Shown in pieces: positions 49,231 through 58,685 of a DNA stretch of 64,000 nt. A program made the position numbers and the translations under genes. The DNA is taken from assembly GCA_963663165.1 (NCBI GenBank), contig OY760175.1, forward strand, positions 6,080,001-6,144,000. Reading direction: 5' to 3'. Under the pieces are notes generated by a model that did no database searches, had not been told where the DNA came from, and saw only the letters and a program-made list of their open reading frames with translations. Source of the DNA: an uncultured Desulfospira sp. GTDB taxonomy: Bacteria; Desulfobacterota; Desulfobacteria; Desulfobacterales; Desulfobacteraceae. Every line of letters begins with the position of its first letter. Within the stretch, counting starts at the first letter, position 1.

Positions 49231-52200
49231 TTAATTGGCCGCAATATAGGTTTCAAAAATTTTTTCATGGGAAATGTATTTTTCCCGCTTAACGTCCTGA
49301 AGATAGAACCTTATGGCGTTGACCCGCTTGAGAATTTCGTCTTCGGCCCGTTTTCGCATGATTTTTTTGGTCTCGATGATATCTTCTTTCAGATGCGGGG
49401 CTTTATCGGCATCGTAATATTTTTCGGTCTTGTATTTGATTCGTTTTTCAATTAACTCTTCGCGCAGCTTGTTGTGGGCGTCATCTAAGAACAGCACCTC
49501 GGGCATGAGATCGGCAAAGTGGGTTACGGCAATAATATCCTTGTCCCGCTGCCAGTAGCCGATCAGAAATTCAGGTTCAAGATCCTGGTAGTTCAGCAAG
49601 GGCATGTACATCCGCCGCAGATAGAGCAGCACTTTTTCAGTTTTTTTCCGGTGCCCGCCGATGATGACCGACCCGCCGATTTCATCTTTTCTAACCCCTT
49701 TGGTCCAGGGGGCGCCGGTAATGCCGAAATCAATGCAAAGGGGAATCTGCAACAGGGCCGACATGGTATTCAGGGCCAGGGCATATCCGGCAGAGGGGCC
49801 GCCGACATTGTATGATGCGGACAGCAGCTGGTGGTGGATGGAATACCGCTTAAGAAAATCCCCGAACAGCCAGGGAATGCTGACATCCGGGCACAGGCCC
49901 TGGATATAGTTTTTCACCATGGTCAGGGCCTCCTGGGCCGACTGCTTGGTCATTTGGACGGCCATGTCCATCTGGGCGGTCTGGGCCGAGGCCGTGGCCA
50001 CTGCCCCGGTGACAATGATGGGGGCATTCTCAACCCGGCCGGTGAGGCTGGTGGCAATGGGCATAAGCATGCCGGTCATGTCGTTGGCCCCCACGCCAAT
50101 GATAAATCCCACCTGGGGCTCCTTGCTCAGCTCGGTTTCCAAAAATTCGTTGAGCTGGACAGATCCCTTGCGCACCGGACTCTGGGAGATCTCCCTCCGG
50201 GCCGATTCCAGATGGTCCACCACAATGGGATACTCTTCCTCCCGGGTGATGTGATCCACACTCTCCAGTATCCGGTCATAATGCTCCACAAAGTTTTTCA
50301 GGTCGTTTTTGATTTTGGATTTGATCAGGGGCGGGGCTTTAAGGGCGTCGAGAATGCCCAGGACGGTTTTAAAGTTAAGCTTGACAAAGTTGTACTTTTC
50401 ATCCCGGGTTGAGGATTTAAGGTCCCGAAGCTTGAGCAGGACTTTAAATTCCGTGCTGCAAAGGGCAATGGCCTTTTCCGTAAACGAGGTATAGTCGGCC
50501 GGGGTGTTGCAGATTCCCTGGGCGGTTTCAATGATTTTTTCAACTTCGAATTCCCGATTGTGGGGAACATTTTTGAATTGTTTTTTGATAATTTCAAAAA
50601 TATCTTTTTGTCGCATATGCCCTGATATTTCAAGGGTTTTCAGCCGCTTTGACCGGATCAGGGCCGGGTCCAGGATATCCAGGCGGTTGGTGGTCAGCAC
50701 GGTAAAGACCTTGTTTAACGGGATCTCGCCGTCAATGATGTTTAAAAATTTGTTGGTCAGGGCGTCTGACGGCTGGCCCCCGGTGCCGCTTCGTTTGGGG
50801 GCCAAGGCATCCCCCTCGTCAAAGAAGATCACCGTGGGGGCGATCATTTTGGCAATGTCATACACCTTTTCAAGATTGGAGACGGCGCCGTGAACCGGAC
50901 TTGACGGGTCCTGAAGGGCCGAGGGGCTGGTGGCGATATCATGGACCTTGGTATTAGAGGAGAGCCAGGTCCTGACCAGATAGGTCTTGCCTGATCCCGG
51001 GGGACCGGTCAGTACCACGCCCTTGTCTTCACTGACCCCGTAGTGGAAGCAGTTGTTGGCCATCTCGGAGAACTTGTCCTTGATATCGCCCACATACTCC
51101 TCCCAGTTCAGTTTCCGGTCCATCCGGTCCACCACCTTGTCGTACAATTCTCCGTATACGTTTTTGGCCACTAACTGGAAGGCGTTTCTGATCAGGACGG
51201 GATCATCTAAAAACTCAAGGACAAAATCCCCCTGGATGGTGATGACCGATTCAATGAGTTTTCGTACATAGGCCGGGCTGATCTTCAGGCTTCTTTCTTT
51301 AAAAACAGCATAGATTTTATCGGCGGCCTGGTCGAGCTTTTCCGAGTCAGGCTTAAACCGGGTGGGGATCTGGTGGCGCCGGGTTTCAAGGATAATGATT
51401 TTTTTTAGGTTTTCCCGGTTCATCCAGTATTTGGAGATGTCGATGATCACGCCTTTTTCCACGAACCGCCGGTAAATGGCAGAGTCAAATCGGTGGGTCT
51501 GGTCGCTGGTGGCAATCACAAAGCAGTCCCGCCGGCCGTCGATGATCTCATCTAAGACAATATTGGAGGTGTCGATGAGGGTTCGCTGCTGTTTTTCCGT
51601 TCCCCCGCTGCCGGCCCCGGATTCAGATTTTCCAAAGGCCGAGTGGGCCTCTTCAATGTGGCGGATGGACGTGACCTTGGGGTGGCCCATGGCCCGTTTA
51701 AAATAGTTGCCCGGCTCTCCGGACAGGGCGGTCTGGTAATCGTTGGGGGTGATGACGGACATGTCTACGGAAAGCCCTAAATCTTCAAAATCCGTCAGGT
51801 TGCTCATGATCCGTTTTCTGAAGATCCGTTTAAGGATGGGAATTTTGGCCAGGCGCCGGTAAAAGTCGGTTTTCTTTTTTTTGGCGATCTGCATGGCAAA
51901 TTCCGGGTCCACATCTTCAAGCTGGGTGAGCAGGCTGTGGCCCCCTAAAATTTCGTCCCGTTTTTTGCGCCAGTCCACTGTGGGGATCACCTCGTTTCTG
52001 AACACCACCTTTTCAAGGGCTTCCCTTGCCGTGGCGCTTTTCCCCGAGCCCGAAGTCCCTTCAATGAGGACGATGGGGGCTTTGGGAACGTTGGGGTCTT
52101 CCAAATGCTCTTTTCGGATATGAACCCGGTAAATTTTTTCAAAAATCTCCTCTAGCTCCATGGGCACGTGAAGGTCGGTCAGTTCCCTGTCCAGTACCGC

Positions 52201-52548
52201 GATAAGGTAGAGGTATTCCGCCTTGGTCAGTTCTTTTTCAATGATCCGGTTCCAGGAGGCGGCCGGGTTAATTTCCCCTGAATATAAAAATCGTTTTTTC
52301 CAGTCGGTTAAGATCTGGGGGTTGTTGAGAACATTCATCTGCTTTTGCCGTTTTTTCATGAAAAAAACGACGAAGAAAAGATTTTTCACCCAGGCAATGA
52401 ACCGGTTGGGCGGTTTATACTGGTTCAGGCGGGACCTGACAAAGGCCTTGGTGTCATAGGTCCAGGTTTCCACCATGGATTCAATTTTTGCAATGGCCTC
52501 TTCAGGCAGGGTAATGTATCTTTTTTCCTTTGTGGGTCGTTTGGCCAT
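49231..52548 (-). CDS. Tandem AAA+ ATPase fused to a Lon-type (S16) protease domain
   Basis: AAA1 GTSGSGKS / HIEEAH; AAA2 GPPGSGKT / IFFDEGD / TTNRLDILDPALIRSKR; C-terminal GGPSAG..ITG..IIGGHRKK. Confidence 0.8.
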   Translation of the reverse strand: MAKRPTKEKRYITLPEEAIAKIESMVETWTYDTKAFVRSRLNQYKPPNRFIAWVKNLFFVVFFMKKRQKQMNVLNNPQILTDWKKRFLYSGEINPAASWNRIIEKELTKAEYLYLIAVLDRELTDLHVPMELEEIFEKIYRVHIRKEHLEDPNVPKAPIVLIEGTSGSGKSATAREALEKVVFRNEVIPTVDWRKKRDEILGGHSLLTQLEDVDPEFAMQIAKKKKTDFYRRLAKIPILKRIFRKRIMSNLTDFEDLGLSVDMSVITPNDYQTALSGEPGNYFKRAMGHPKVTSIRHIEEAHSAFGKSESGAGSGGTEKQQRTLIDTSNIVLDEIIDGRRDCFVIATSDQTHRFDSAIYRRFVEKGVIIDISKYWMNRENLKKIIILETRRHQIPTRFKPDSEKLDQAADKIYAVFKERSLKISPAYVRKLIESVITIQGDFVLEFLDDPVLIRNAFQLVAKNVYGELYDKVVDRMDRKLNWEEYVGDIKDKFSEMANNCFHYGVSEDKGVVLTGPPGSGKTYLVRTWLSSNTKVHDIATSPSALQDPSSPVHGAVSNLEKVYDIAKMIAPTVIFFDEGDALAPKRSGTGGQPSDALTNKFLNIIDGEIPLNKVFTVLTTNRLDILDPALIRSKRLKTLEISGHMRQKDIFEIIKKQFKNVPHNREFEVEKIIETAQGICNTPADYTSFTEKAIALCSTEFKVLLKLRDLKSSTRDEKYNFVKLNFKTVLGILDALKAPPLIKSKIKNDLKNFVEHYDRILESVDHITREEEYPIVVDHLESARREISQSPVRKGSVQLNEFLETELSKEPQVGFIIGVGANDMTGMLMPIATSLTGRVENAPIIVTGAVATASAQTAQMDMAVQMTKQSAQEALTMVKNYIQGLCPDVSIPWLFGDFLKRYSIHHQLLSASYNVGGPSAGYALALNTMSALLQIPLCIDFGITGAPWTKGVRKDEIGGSVIIGGHRKKTEKVLLYLRRMYMPLLNYQDLEPEFLIGYWQRDKDIIAVTHFADLMPEVLFLDDAHNKLREELIEKRIKYKTEKYYDADKAPHLKEDIIETKKIMRKRAEDEILKRVNAIRFYLQDVKREKYISHEKIFETYIAAN

Positions 52549-52651
52549 CTGTCTTTCCTTCAAGCATGGGTTAGAAGTTCTTCCGAATCGGTTCCGGCCC
52601 CTTCATGAAACGCGTTTTTGCGTCCTTAAGGAAATGATATCCGGGGCGTTT

Positions 52652-53620
52652 TTAATTGCCGGCCTGTTGTTCGGTCCCGGAAGCGGTAACGCCGGGAGTG
52701 CCGGTGGCCGGGGAGGGCAGGGTGAGTGCCGGTGACTTCCCGCTGTCATGGAGGACAAAGGTTTTCTGGTTTGATTCGGTCTTCTCATAGGCGGTGGCCC
52801 ATTTTTGCTGGGATAAAAATTCAAACAGATTCGGGTTGACCTGACGGCCTTGTTGTCCGCCTAAGGCCAGGTGGAGGGCCTGGATGCCGTCAAGGTAGGC
52901 CTTGTATAGTTTTTTGATTCGCTGGGCTTCCTGGTCCGCCGCATAGTTATCCGCCTCTGCGATGAGCTGGCGCCGTTTTTTCTCTTCCGTGGCTTCCACT
53001 AACTTATCGCCGAACCGTGTTTCGTTGAGTACAAAACTGACCACCTCAATGCCGTACTTTCCCTCAAGGGTGGGGCCGTTCTGGTTGATGGGCCGGTTTT
53101 TCAGGGCATGGAAGATTTCTTCTTTAATGGTTTCCCTGTCCGAGATCAGCCGGTTGACCTCTTTGCCCTGTAAAATATCCTTGGCAATGCCGTCGTAATC
53201 GCCCTGGAGAAGGATCTCAGGGGATAGATTCTCAATGCCCCAGACCTTAAGGTCCTTGATCCGGAAAGTCATCAGCGCAGAGGTCCACAGGGCCACATTT
53301 TCCCGGGAAATGATCTTAATGGGGTCAGTGGCACCGCCAATGTACATGTTCTGGTTCATCAAGGGGACCTCTTTTTCCAGCCGGGTAAAAAACGGAAGCC
53401 TGAAATGCCAGCCCACATCGGTGACCGCCTGCCGTTTCCCCCCAAACTGTTCAAGGATCACCGCGTAGTTGAACTTGACTTTATAGATCACCTGGGTGGA
53501 ATACACCACGGCGGCCATGGAATAAATCAGGGCAAGGCTGACCAGTAAAAAAGCGAGTCTTCTCACCATGGTGAAAACCCGGGCCCGCTGCAGAAAAACT
53601 TCAGGTTGCTGTTCTTTCAT
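52652..53620 (-). CDS. SPFH (band 7/prohibitin/HflC-like) membrane protein
   Basis: N-terminal TM, VILEQFGG..VGWHFRLPFF, YGIEVV, helical EAEA-type region. Confidence 0.82.
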   Translation of the reverse strand: MKEQQPEVFLQRARVFTMVRRLAFLLVSLALIYSMAAVVYSTQVIYKVKFNYAVILEQFGGKRQAVTDVGWHFRLPFFTRLEKEVPLMNQNMYIGGATDPIKIISRENVALWTSALMTFRIKDLKVWGIENLSPEILLQGDYDGIAKDILQGKEVNRLISDRETIKEEIFHALKNRPINQNGPTLEGKYGIEVVSFVLNETRFGDKLVEATEEKKRRQLIAEADNYAADQEAQRIKKLYKAYLDGIQALHLALGGQQGRQVNPNLFEFLSQQKWATAYEKTESNQKTFVLHDSGKSPALTLPSPATGTPGVTASGTEQQAGN

Positions 53621-54312
53621 ACCTGCTCCTTTGGTGTAAAGATAAATGTCGGGGTGCCGTTATAACCGGCGAAAAAAAACGTTTAAATGGGTAGATCTTC
53701 AACTTCAGGACGCGAACGAAGAGAAGCTGGTTTAATTAGGAAATTCAAGAATATAAAAAGTATACATGAAGAGTTGGTAATGGTCAAAACATATTTGTGT
53801 TCTCAACGTTAACCGTTGATTCCGGCCATGGCGGCACCGCATGGAAAAGTACAGGATGGGCGGTATACGGGTTAATTCCCCTGTCCTTCAGGTATGCCCG
53901 CGATCAAGATAAATGAGATAACTGAAGTCATATTCAGATGCCGGTTATTTGAACTGAATGTGAAATATTTTTCACAGGTTATTACCTTTTTTACCCAAAG
54001 TGTCCAAATTTTTTCTCTATAAAAAAGTTCATAAAAAATGCTTAAATCCCTTCTGTAAAGGGGAATAAACTTTTTGAGATTTGGTCTGATTTTTGCATAT
54101 TTATCCATTGATTATCCCAAAAAATGGTTTCCGGTCTATGGTAAATTTGCTTTTTTTACAGGCCGGTCATAGAAGAACATGAATGAAGAAATTTAAAAAA
54201 CGCTGTATTTGGAACGAGCTTTAAGATCGCTTTTCATATTGTGTCTCAGGTGTTCATGCAACAGGGCGGAAGGTTCGCCTTGTGTAACCATATAATCATA
54301 ATGGAGGAAATC

Positions 54313-54864
54313 ATGAAAATCAGGTTTTGGACGGTTTCTTTACTTTTTCTTCTTGTGGTAACAGTAAATCAAGCCGGGGCAGCTACATTTTTGACATCTG
54401 GGGACAGCGATTATTGGTTTAACGCTGTTCTCGGGTTAGAAACCACCGTGGGGACTTATAATATAGAAATAAGTTATATGATCGGCAGGGACTATGGCGG
54501 GAGCGTTGATGTTAATGAAACGGTGGCTTTGGCTATTGCCAGCGCACTTGTGAATGAGCTCAATTCCAATGCAATGGTTTACAGTTATGACGACTCATCC
54601 GTCGGCGCCGGTACCGGGACCACAAGCAGTTTTCTTCTGATCGGGTATAACTATCATCGCAATGATACTGGTGATACGGTGGACGTTGTCAAAATTTACA
54701 GGGCTGACGCGGCGCAGGCCAGTTCCTGGGCCTCAACCATTGTGAATAATTATGCAGGAGGAGCTTACACCAATTATGGAAGGGTTGCCCCGGTACCCGT
54801 GCCCGGAACGATTTTACTCTTTGGGATTTCTTTGCTCGGCATTGCCCGGATAAAACGGGCATAG
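54313..54864 (+). CDS. PEP-CTERM-like surface protein
   Basis: Signal peptide (start after GGAGG); PVPVPGTILLFGISLLGIARIKR. Confidence 0.85.
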   Translation: MKIRFWTVSLLFLLVVTVNQAGAATFLTSGDSDYWFNAVLGLETTVGTYNIEISYMIGRDYGGSVDVNETVALAIASALVNELNSNAMVYSYDDSSVGAGTGTTSSFLLIGYNYHRNDTGDTVDVVKIYRADAAQASSWASTIVNNYAGGAYTNYGRVAPVPVPGTILLFGISLLGIARIKRA

Positions 54865-54993
54865 GGGACTATCCTTCACTATGGGTCCGTTCCGGGGCCA
54901 CCTGGCAGCGGATGAAAAATTTGACTGCGCTCAGGGCCCTTGCCGCTTAAAGCGCCTGTTTTGGCCGGATGGTTATCATATGGGCCTGGTTTT

Positions 54994-55143
54994 TTATAAG
55001 AAACTGGAGACAAGAAACAAGAGACAAGAGGGCGAAGCACCTGCGGTGCCCAATTTATAGGCTACCGTTGCTGGTATCTTCAGTTTCATTATTCGTTGTG
55101 GGCTGTTCTTGGTTGGATAACCAAGACGGCCCGTGGCCGTTAG
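54994..55143 (-). repeat. TAACGGCC repeat family copy
   Basis: Reverse complement matches ~20717-20827 almost exactly and carries the full left hairpin. Confidence 0.85.
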
Positions 55144-55196
55144 TAGGGAAAATAATTCCTATCAAAAAGCCGTATTTGCCAAAGTGGAGAACCAGG

Positions 55197-56045
55197 CTAT
55201 TCGGCTTTTCCAAGGCCATAGTCCGTGGTGTATGCTTTCCAGGCCGCCAGGAGGGCTTTGGTTTTATCTCCGGGTTTTTTGTCCCGGATAACCAGGTCGT
55301 CCACCTGGATGACGGGGACGATTTCCTTGTTGGATGCGGTGATGAATACCTCATCCATGTGGTGTAATTCTGTCAGCGGAATGTGGTCCAGGGCAATATC
55401 ATAGGTGCCCTCGAGCAGTTCGATGACAGCGCCCCTGGTGACCCCGGGCAGGATCCGGTCCGGCGGCGTGATGACGGTGTTTCCCTTAAAGCAGAAGATA
55501 TTGGTGGTGGTGCCTTCAAGAAGTTGCCCGGCCTGGTTTTTGTAAATGGCTTCCACAGCCCCCTCCTTGCGGGCTTTCTGCTGGGCAAAAACCGCTGACA
55601 GGTAGTTGAGGCTTTTGGCTGTGGGGATGAACCGGTCCATGTCAACGGTGATGAGCTTGACGCCGTCGGTATACCACCATTCGGGCAGCTCATGCTTTGG
55701 CGTGACAAGGACCATGAGAATCCCGTTGCCCTGGGGGGTGACCCCGTCCGGGCTGATGCCGCCGGTGTAAACCATGCGGACATTGGATTCCCTGTGATGG
55801 GGGTTTTTGTCAAGGGTCTCCATGACAATGTCACAGATCTGGCTGTTGGAATGGTTCAGGGTCAGCCCGATTTCCCGGGCCGAGTTTTCCAGCCGGGCCA
55901 CGTGCTGTTTGAGACGGAACGGACGCCTGTTATAGGTGAGCAGAAAGTCAAACACGCCATACCCTCTCAATACCGTGATATCTTTTACCGAAAGTGCGGC
56001 CTTGTCTTCAGGTACAAATTCTCCGTCAATATAATAGGTGTCCAT
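55197..56045 (-). CDS. Class IV PLP aminotransferase (D-amino acid/BCAT-like)
   Basis: RGYGVFD, HVARL, AKSLNY, EGTTTN, ILPGVTR. Confidence 0.88.
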   Translation of the reverse strand: MDTYYIDGEFVPEDKAALSVKDITVLRGYGVFDFLLTYNRRPFRLKQHVARLENSAREIGLTLNHSNSQICDIVMETLDKNPHHRESNVRMVYTGGISPDGVTPQGNGILMVLVTPKHELPEWWYTDGVKLITVDMDRFIPTAKSLNYLSAVFAQQKARKEGAVEAIYKNQAGQLLEGTTTNIFCFKGNTVITPPDRILPGVTRGAVIELLEGTYDIALDHIPLTELHHMDEVFITASNKEIVPVIQVDDLVIRDKKPGDKTKALLAAWKAYTTDYGLGKAE

Positions 56046-56268
56046 TTTATGTCCTTCCTTTATTGGTGAGTGCCGTTTGGTGCCCGGGCCCGGCCCGGAT
56101 ACGGCATTCGTCCTAACCATATCTGATATAGCAACAATGGCTCTGAGTCAAGGGGGGATTACGATTAATGGATAATAATTGTATTTTGATATGGAAAACA
56201 CATAAACAATAGCTAAAAATTGCGTTTTACATTATTTTTGCCGTCCTTTTTCCAGGCCGGCACAAGGG

Positions 56269-57441
56269 TTAATCCGGATAATACGACTTTGGGACAATGT
56301 CAAACCGGGTAAATGCCTGGATCATCTCCTTGATGGCGGCGGCGGTCCCCCTTTTTTCAAAGGGGGGGGTCATTTCCTGAATGGACCGGGAAAATTCAGG
56401 GGACAATGCCTTTAATACAGCCGACAGGATCCCGGATGCTTCCATGGCACAGTTGATGACGCTCAGGGGATGGGAAAGTTCCTTTAAACGGGTCCCGATA
56501 TTGACGGCCGGTGTTCCGGCGCTGGCACCTTCAATAAAGGCCGAAGCACTGTTCCCCGCCATGGCGGAACAATAGATAATAGCTCCCTTGGTATCCATGG
56601 GGCTCATTTGGGCCGGTTTAATGACCCTTCCGGGGATTTTGGGGGCAAAGGCATCAATTTTTTGATTGATCAGCCTGCCGATTCCCCGGTCCGGGGCTTT
56701 GGGGATGATATATTTATATGCCTCAAGGCTGGTGTCGGACAAGGCCTCAAATATTGAGTTCACCAGGGCGTCATTCCGGGACCCCAAGGCCTGGTCCGGC
56801 GACAGGTTGACCAGCATAAACCGGTCCCGGGGATCAAGCCCCATCTGGGCGCAGAATACCTCTTTGGGCAAAACCGCCTGCCGTTGAAAGGCCTCAACCG
56901 ATAGCGCACCGACATTGTAGACCCGGTCCGGATGTTCCCCAAAGTCAATCACCCGCTGCCGGTCCATTTCCGATGGGGTAAAGTGAAGGTTGCACAACTT
57001 GCTGATCCCATAGGTGAAGGTCTGTTCAAAAAGCCGTTCCGGCGGGTTGCCGGTCCGGATATGGGCCACCGGGATATCCAGGACCAGGGAACCGGCCATG
57101 GCGGCGGCAAAGGTATCGCAGGAAATGCCGGAAACCAGAAGGATGTCCGGTTGGATCTGCCTTAGAAGTTCACTGTATGCCAGGTACCGGGTGCTCAGGG
57201 AATGGTCCTTTCCGGAACTCAGGGACGGGGAAATGCAGACCGATGGTGTTAAGTGAATCGGGGCCTGTTCCATAAACCGGCAGGAAAAATCAAGCCCGCC
57301 GTCCCATACCCGGGTACCGGACAGGACGGTCAGGTCAAGGAATCCGTCTTCCCGGATGTCATCAATCAACGGGGTTAAAGTGTTTAATTCATCGGTATTG
57401 GCCGGGGCGATACAGATTCTTTTCATGGTCATCCTCTCCAT
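56269..57441 (-). CDS. NeuC/UDP-GlcNAc 2-epimerase homolog with degenerate active site
   Basis: QPDILLV, IPVAHI, SKLCNLHF, RVIDFGEHPDRVYNVGA, GNSAS, PAVNIGTR retained; catalytic motifs altered. Confidence 0.75.
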   Translation of the reverse strand: MERMTMKRICIAPANTDELNTLTPLIDDIREDGFLDLTVLSGTRVWDGGLDFSCRFMEQAPIHLTPSVCISPSLSSGKDHSLSTRYLAYSELLRQIQPDILLVSGISCDTFAAAMAGSLVLDIPVAHIRTGNPPERLFEQTFTYGISKLCNLHFTPSEMDRQRVIDFGEHPDRVYNVGALSVEAFQRQAVLPKEVFCAQMGLDPRDRFMLVNLSPDQALGSRNDALVNSIFEALSDTSLEAYKYIIPKAPDRGIGRLINQKIDAFAPKIPGRVIKPAQMSPMDTKGAIIYCSAMAGNSASAFIEGASAGTPAVNIGTRLKELSHPLSVINCAMEASGILSAVLKALSPEFSRSIQEMTPPFEKRGTAAAIKEMIQAFTRFDIVPKSYYPD

Positions 57442-57527
57442 GGATTCCGGCGGCTCAAATCAAAGGTTAATTAAAGTTTTTCCACCGGGGAAATTTTTTC
57501 CTGGTTTTTCCTTTAAAAGAGGATTGT

Positions 57528-57543
57528 TGCATGAACCGTGCCG
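57528..57543 (-). promoter_or_regulatory. Sigma54 -24/-12 promoter
   Basis: Minus strand CGGCACGGTTCATGCA, ~90 bp upstream of the NeuC-like gene. Confidence 0.55.
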
Positions 57544-57713
57544 ATTTAATTCTATTGGTTGCACAACTTGCAACTTGAAGGCCGTTGATTTATAATCCTG
57601 CTTCTTTGAATAGATTGTGAAGGGGCTGCCGCCGGCGGCCCGGTTTACGACGGGGGAAAGCCTGACCCCCTTGGGGCCCACATTTACAACCCTTTGGCTT
57701 TGGAATATGCCGT

Positions 57714-58178
57714 ATGACACTCATGGACAGCAACCTGGACGACCTGGAAGTAAAAATTGTCCAGGCCCTGCAAAAAGACGCCCGGAAATCTTTTAAAAGC
57801 ATTGCCGCAGATCTCAATGTGTCTGAAGGCACCATCAGCAACCGGGTCAACCGACTGATACAAAAGGACATCCTCAAGCTTGAGGCCAGAATCAATCCCT
57901 TTAACCTGACCAATAAGATTGCCGCCCTTCTAGGGCTTACCCTGGACCGCCGCTCCCATAACCAGACCCTCAAGGAAATACAAAAGCTGCCCAATGTCAA
58001 TGCGGTCTGGGTGACCACAGGCAAATACGATATCTTTGTGGAAGTCCTGGCCGATTCCATCAACGACTTAAATGATTTTATTTTCAACGGCGGGCTGAGC
58101 GAGATCGAAAACATCACCTCTACGGAAACCCATATCATGCTCCATTCGGATACCAAATTTTTCAGGATAAAGGACTGA
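57714..58178 (+). CDS. Lrp/AsnC family regulator
   Basis: LDDLE..I..L..DAR.S...IA..LNVSEGTI..RV..L; TGKYD. Confidence 0.9.
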   Translation: MTLMDSNLDDLEVKIVQALQKDARKSFKSIAADLNVSEGTISNRVNRLIQKDILKLEARINPFNLTNKIAALLGLTLDRRSHNQTLKEIQKLPNVNAVWVTTGKYDIFVEVLADSINDLNDFIFNGGLSEIENITSTETHIMLHSDTKFFRIKD

Positions 58179-58364
58179 TCCCTGACAAACCGCCCGGGGT
58201 TTTCCTGCAACCCTTCTTTTGCAAAGTCAAGGTTGCATTTGTGCCTCTGCAGGGTCTTGGAAATACCCCGCCCGACACGGCCCCCTTGGGGTTGCTGCTT
58301 TCTCTGGTTTTATAACTATCCAGAATAAAAACATATATAAATGTCTGTTCTGCTCAAAATGGTG

Positions 58365-58380
58365 TGGCATGTTCCTTGCT
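58365..58380 (+). promoter_or_regulatory. Sigma54 -24/-12 promoter upstream of tmc operon
   Basis: TGGCATGTTCCTTGCT. Confidence 0.6.
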
Positions 58381-58685
58381 GTTCTTTACCAACCGGTCAC
58401 CAATCGGTGTCTGTCGATGCCAGGGCAACGGCGGCCGGAATGCGTCACCGGCCATGGCCGGCAGGCATTCAACAACAGGACCTGGAACCGGCGGTATACG
58501 GTTTGCCTGCCGGTGATGAATCTGTTTTAGAATTTGAATGTTTATTAAAAAAATGGTAGGGTATGGGAAAACAAACTGTATTTTAGCTAACCATTTGTTA
58601 TTACATATAAATATTTCAATTTTTAATAAGGCCGGACAGGATGCGGGGCATCAATTAATTTTTCTATATTCATTCGGAGAAAAAT

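Noticed and set aside
53959..53976. Rex/CRP-type site TGTGAAATATTTTTCACA
   Set aside because: Spacer is 8 bp rather than the canonical 6; may bind another factor but cannot be assigned.
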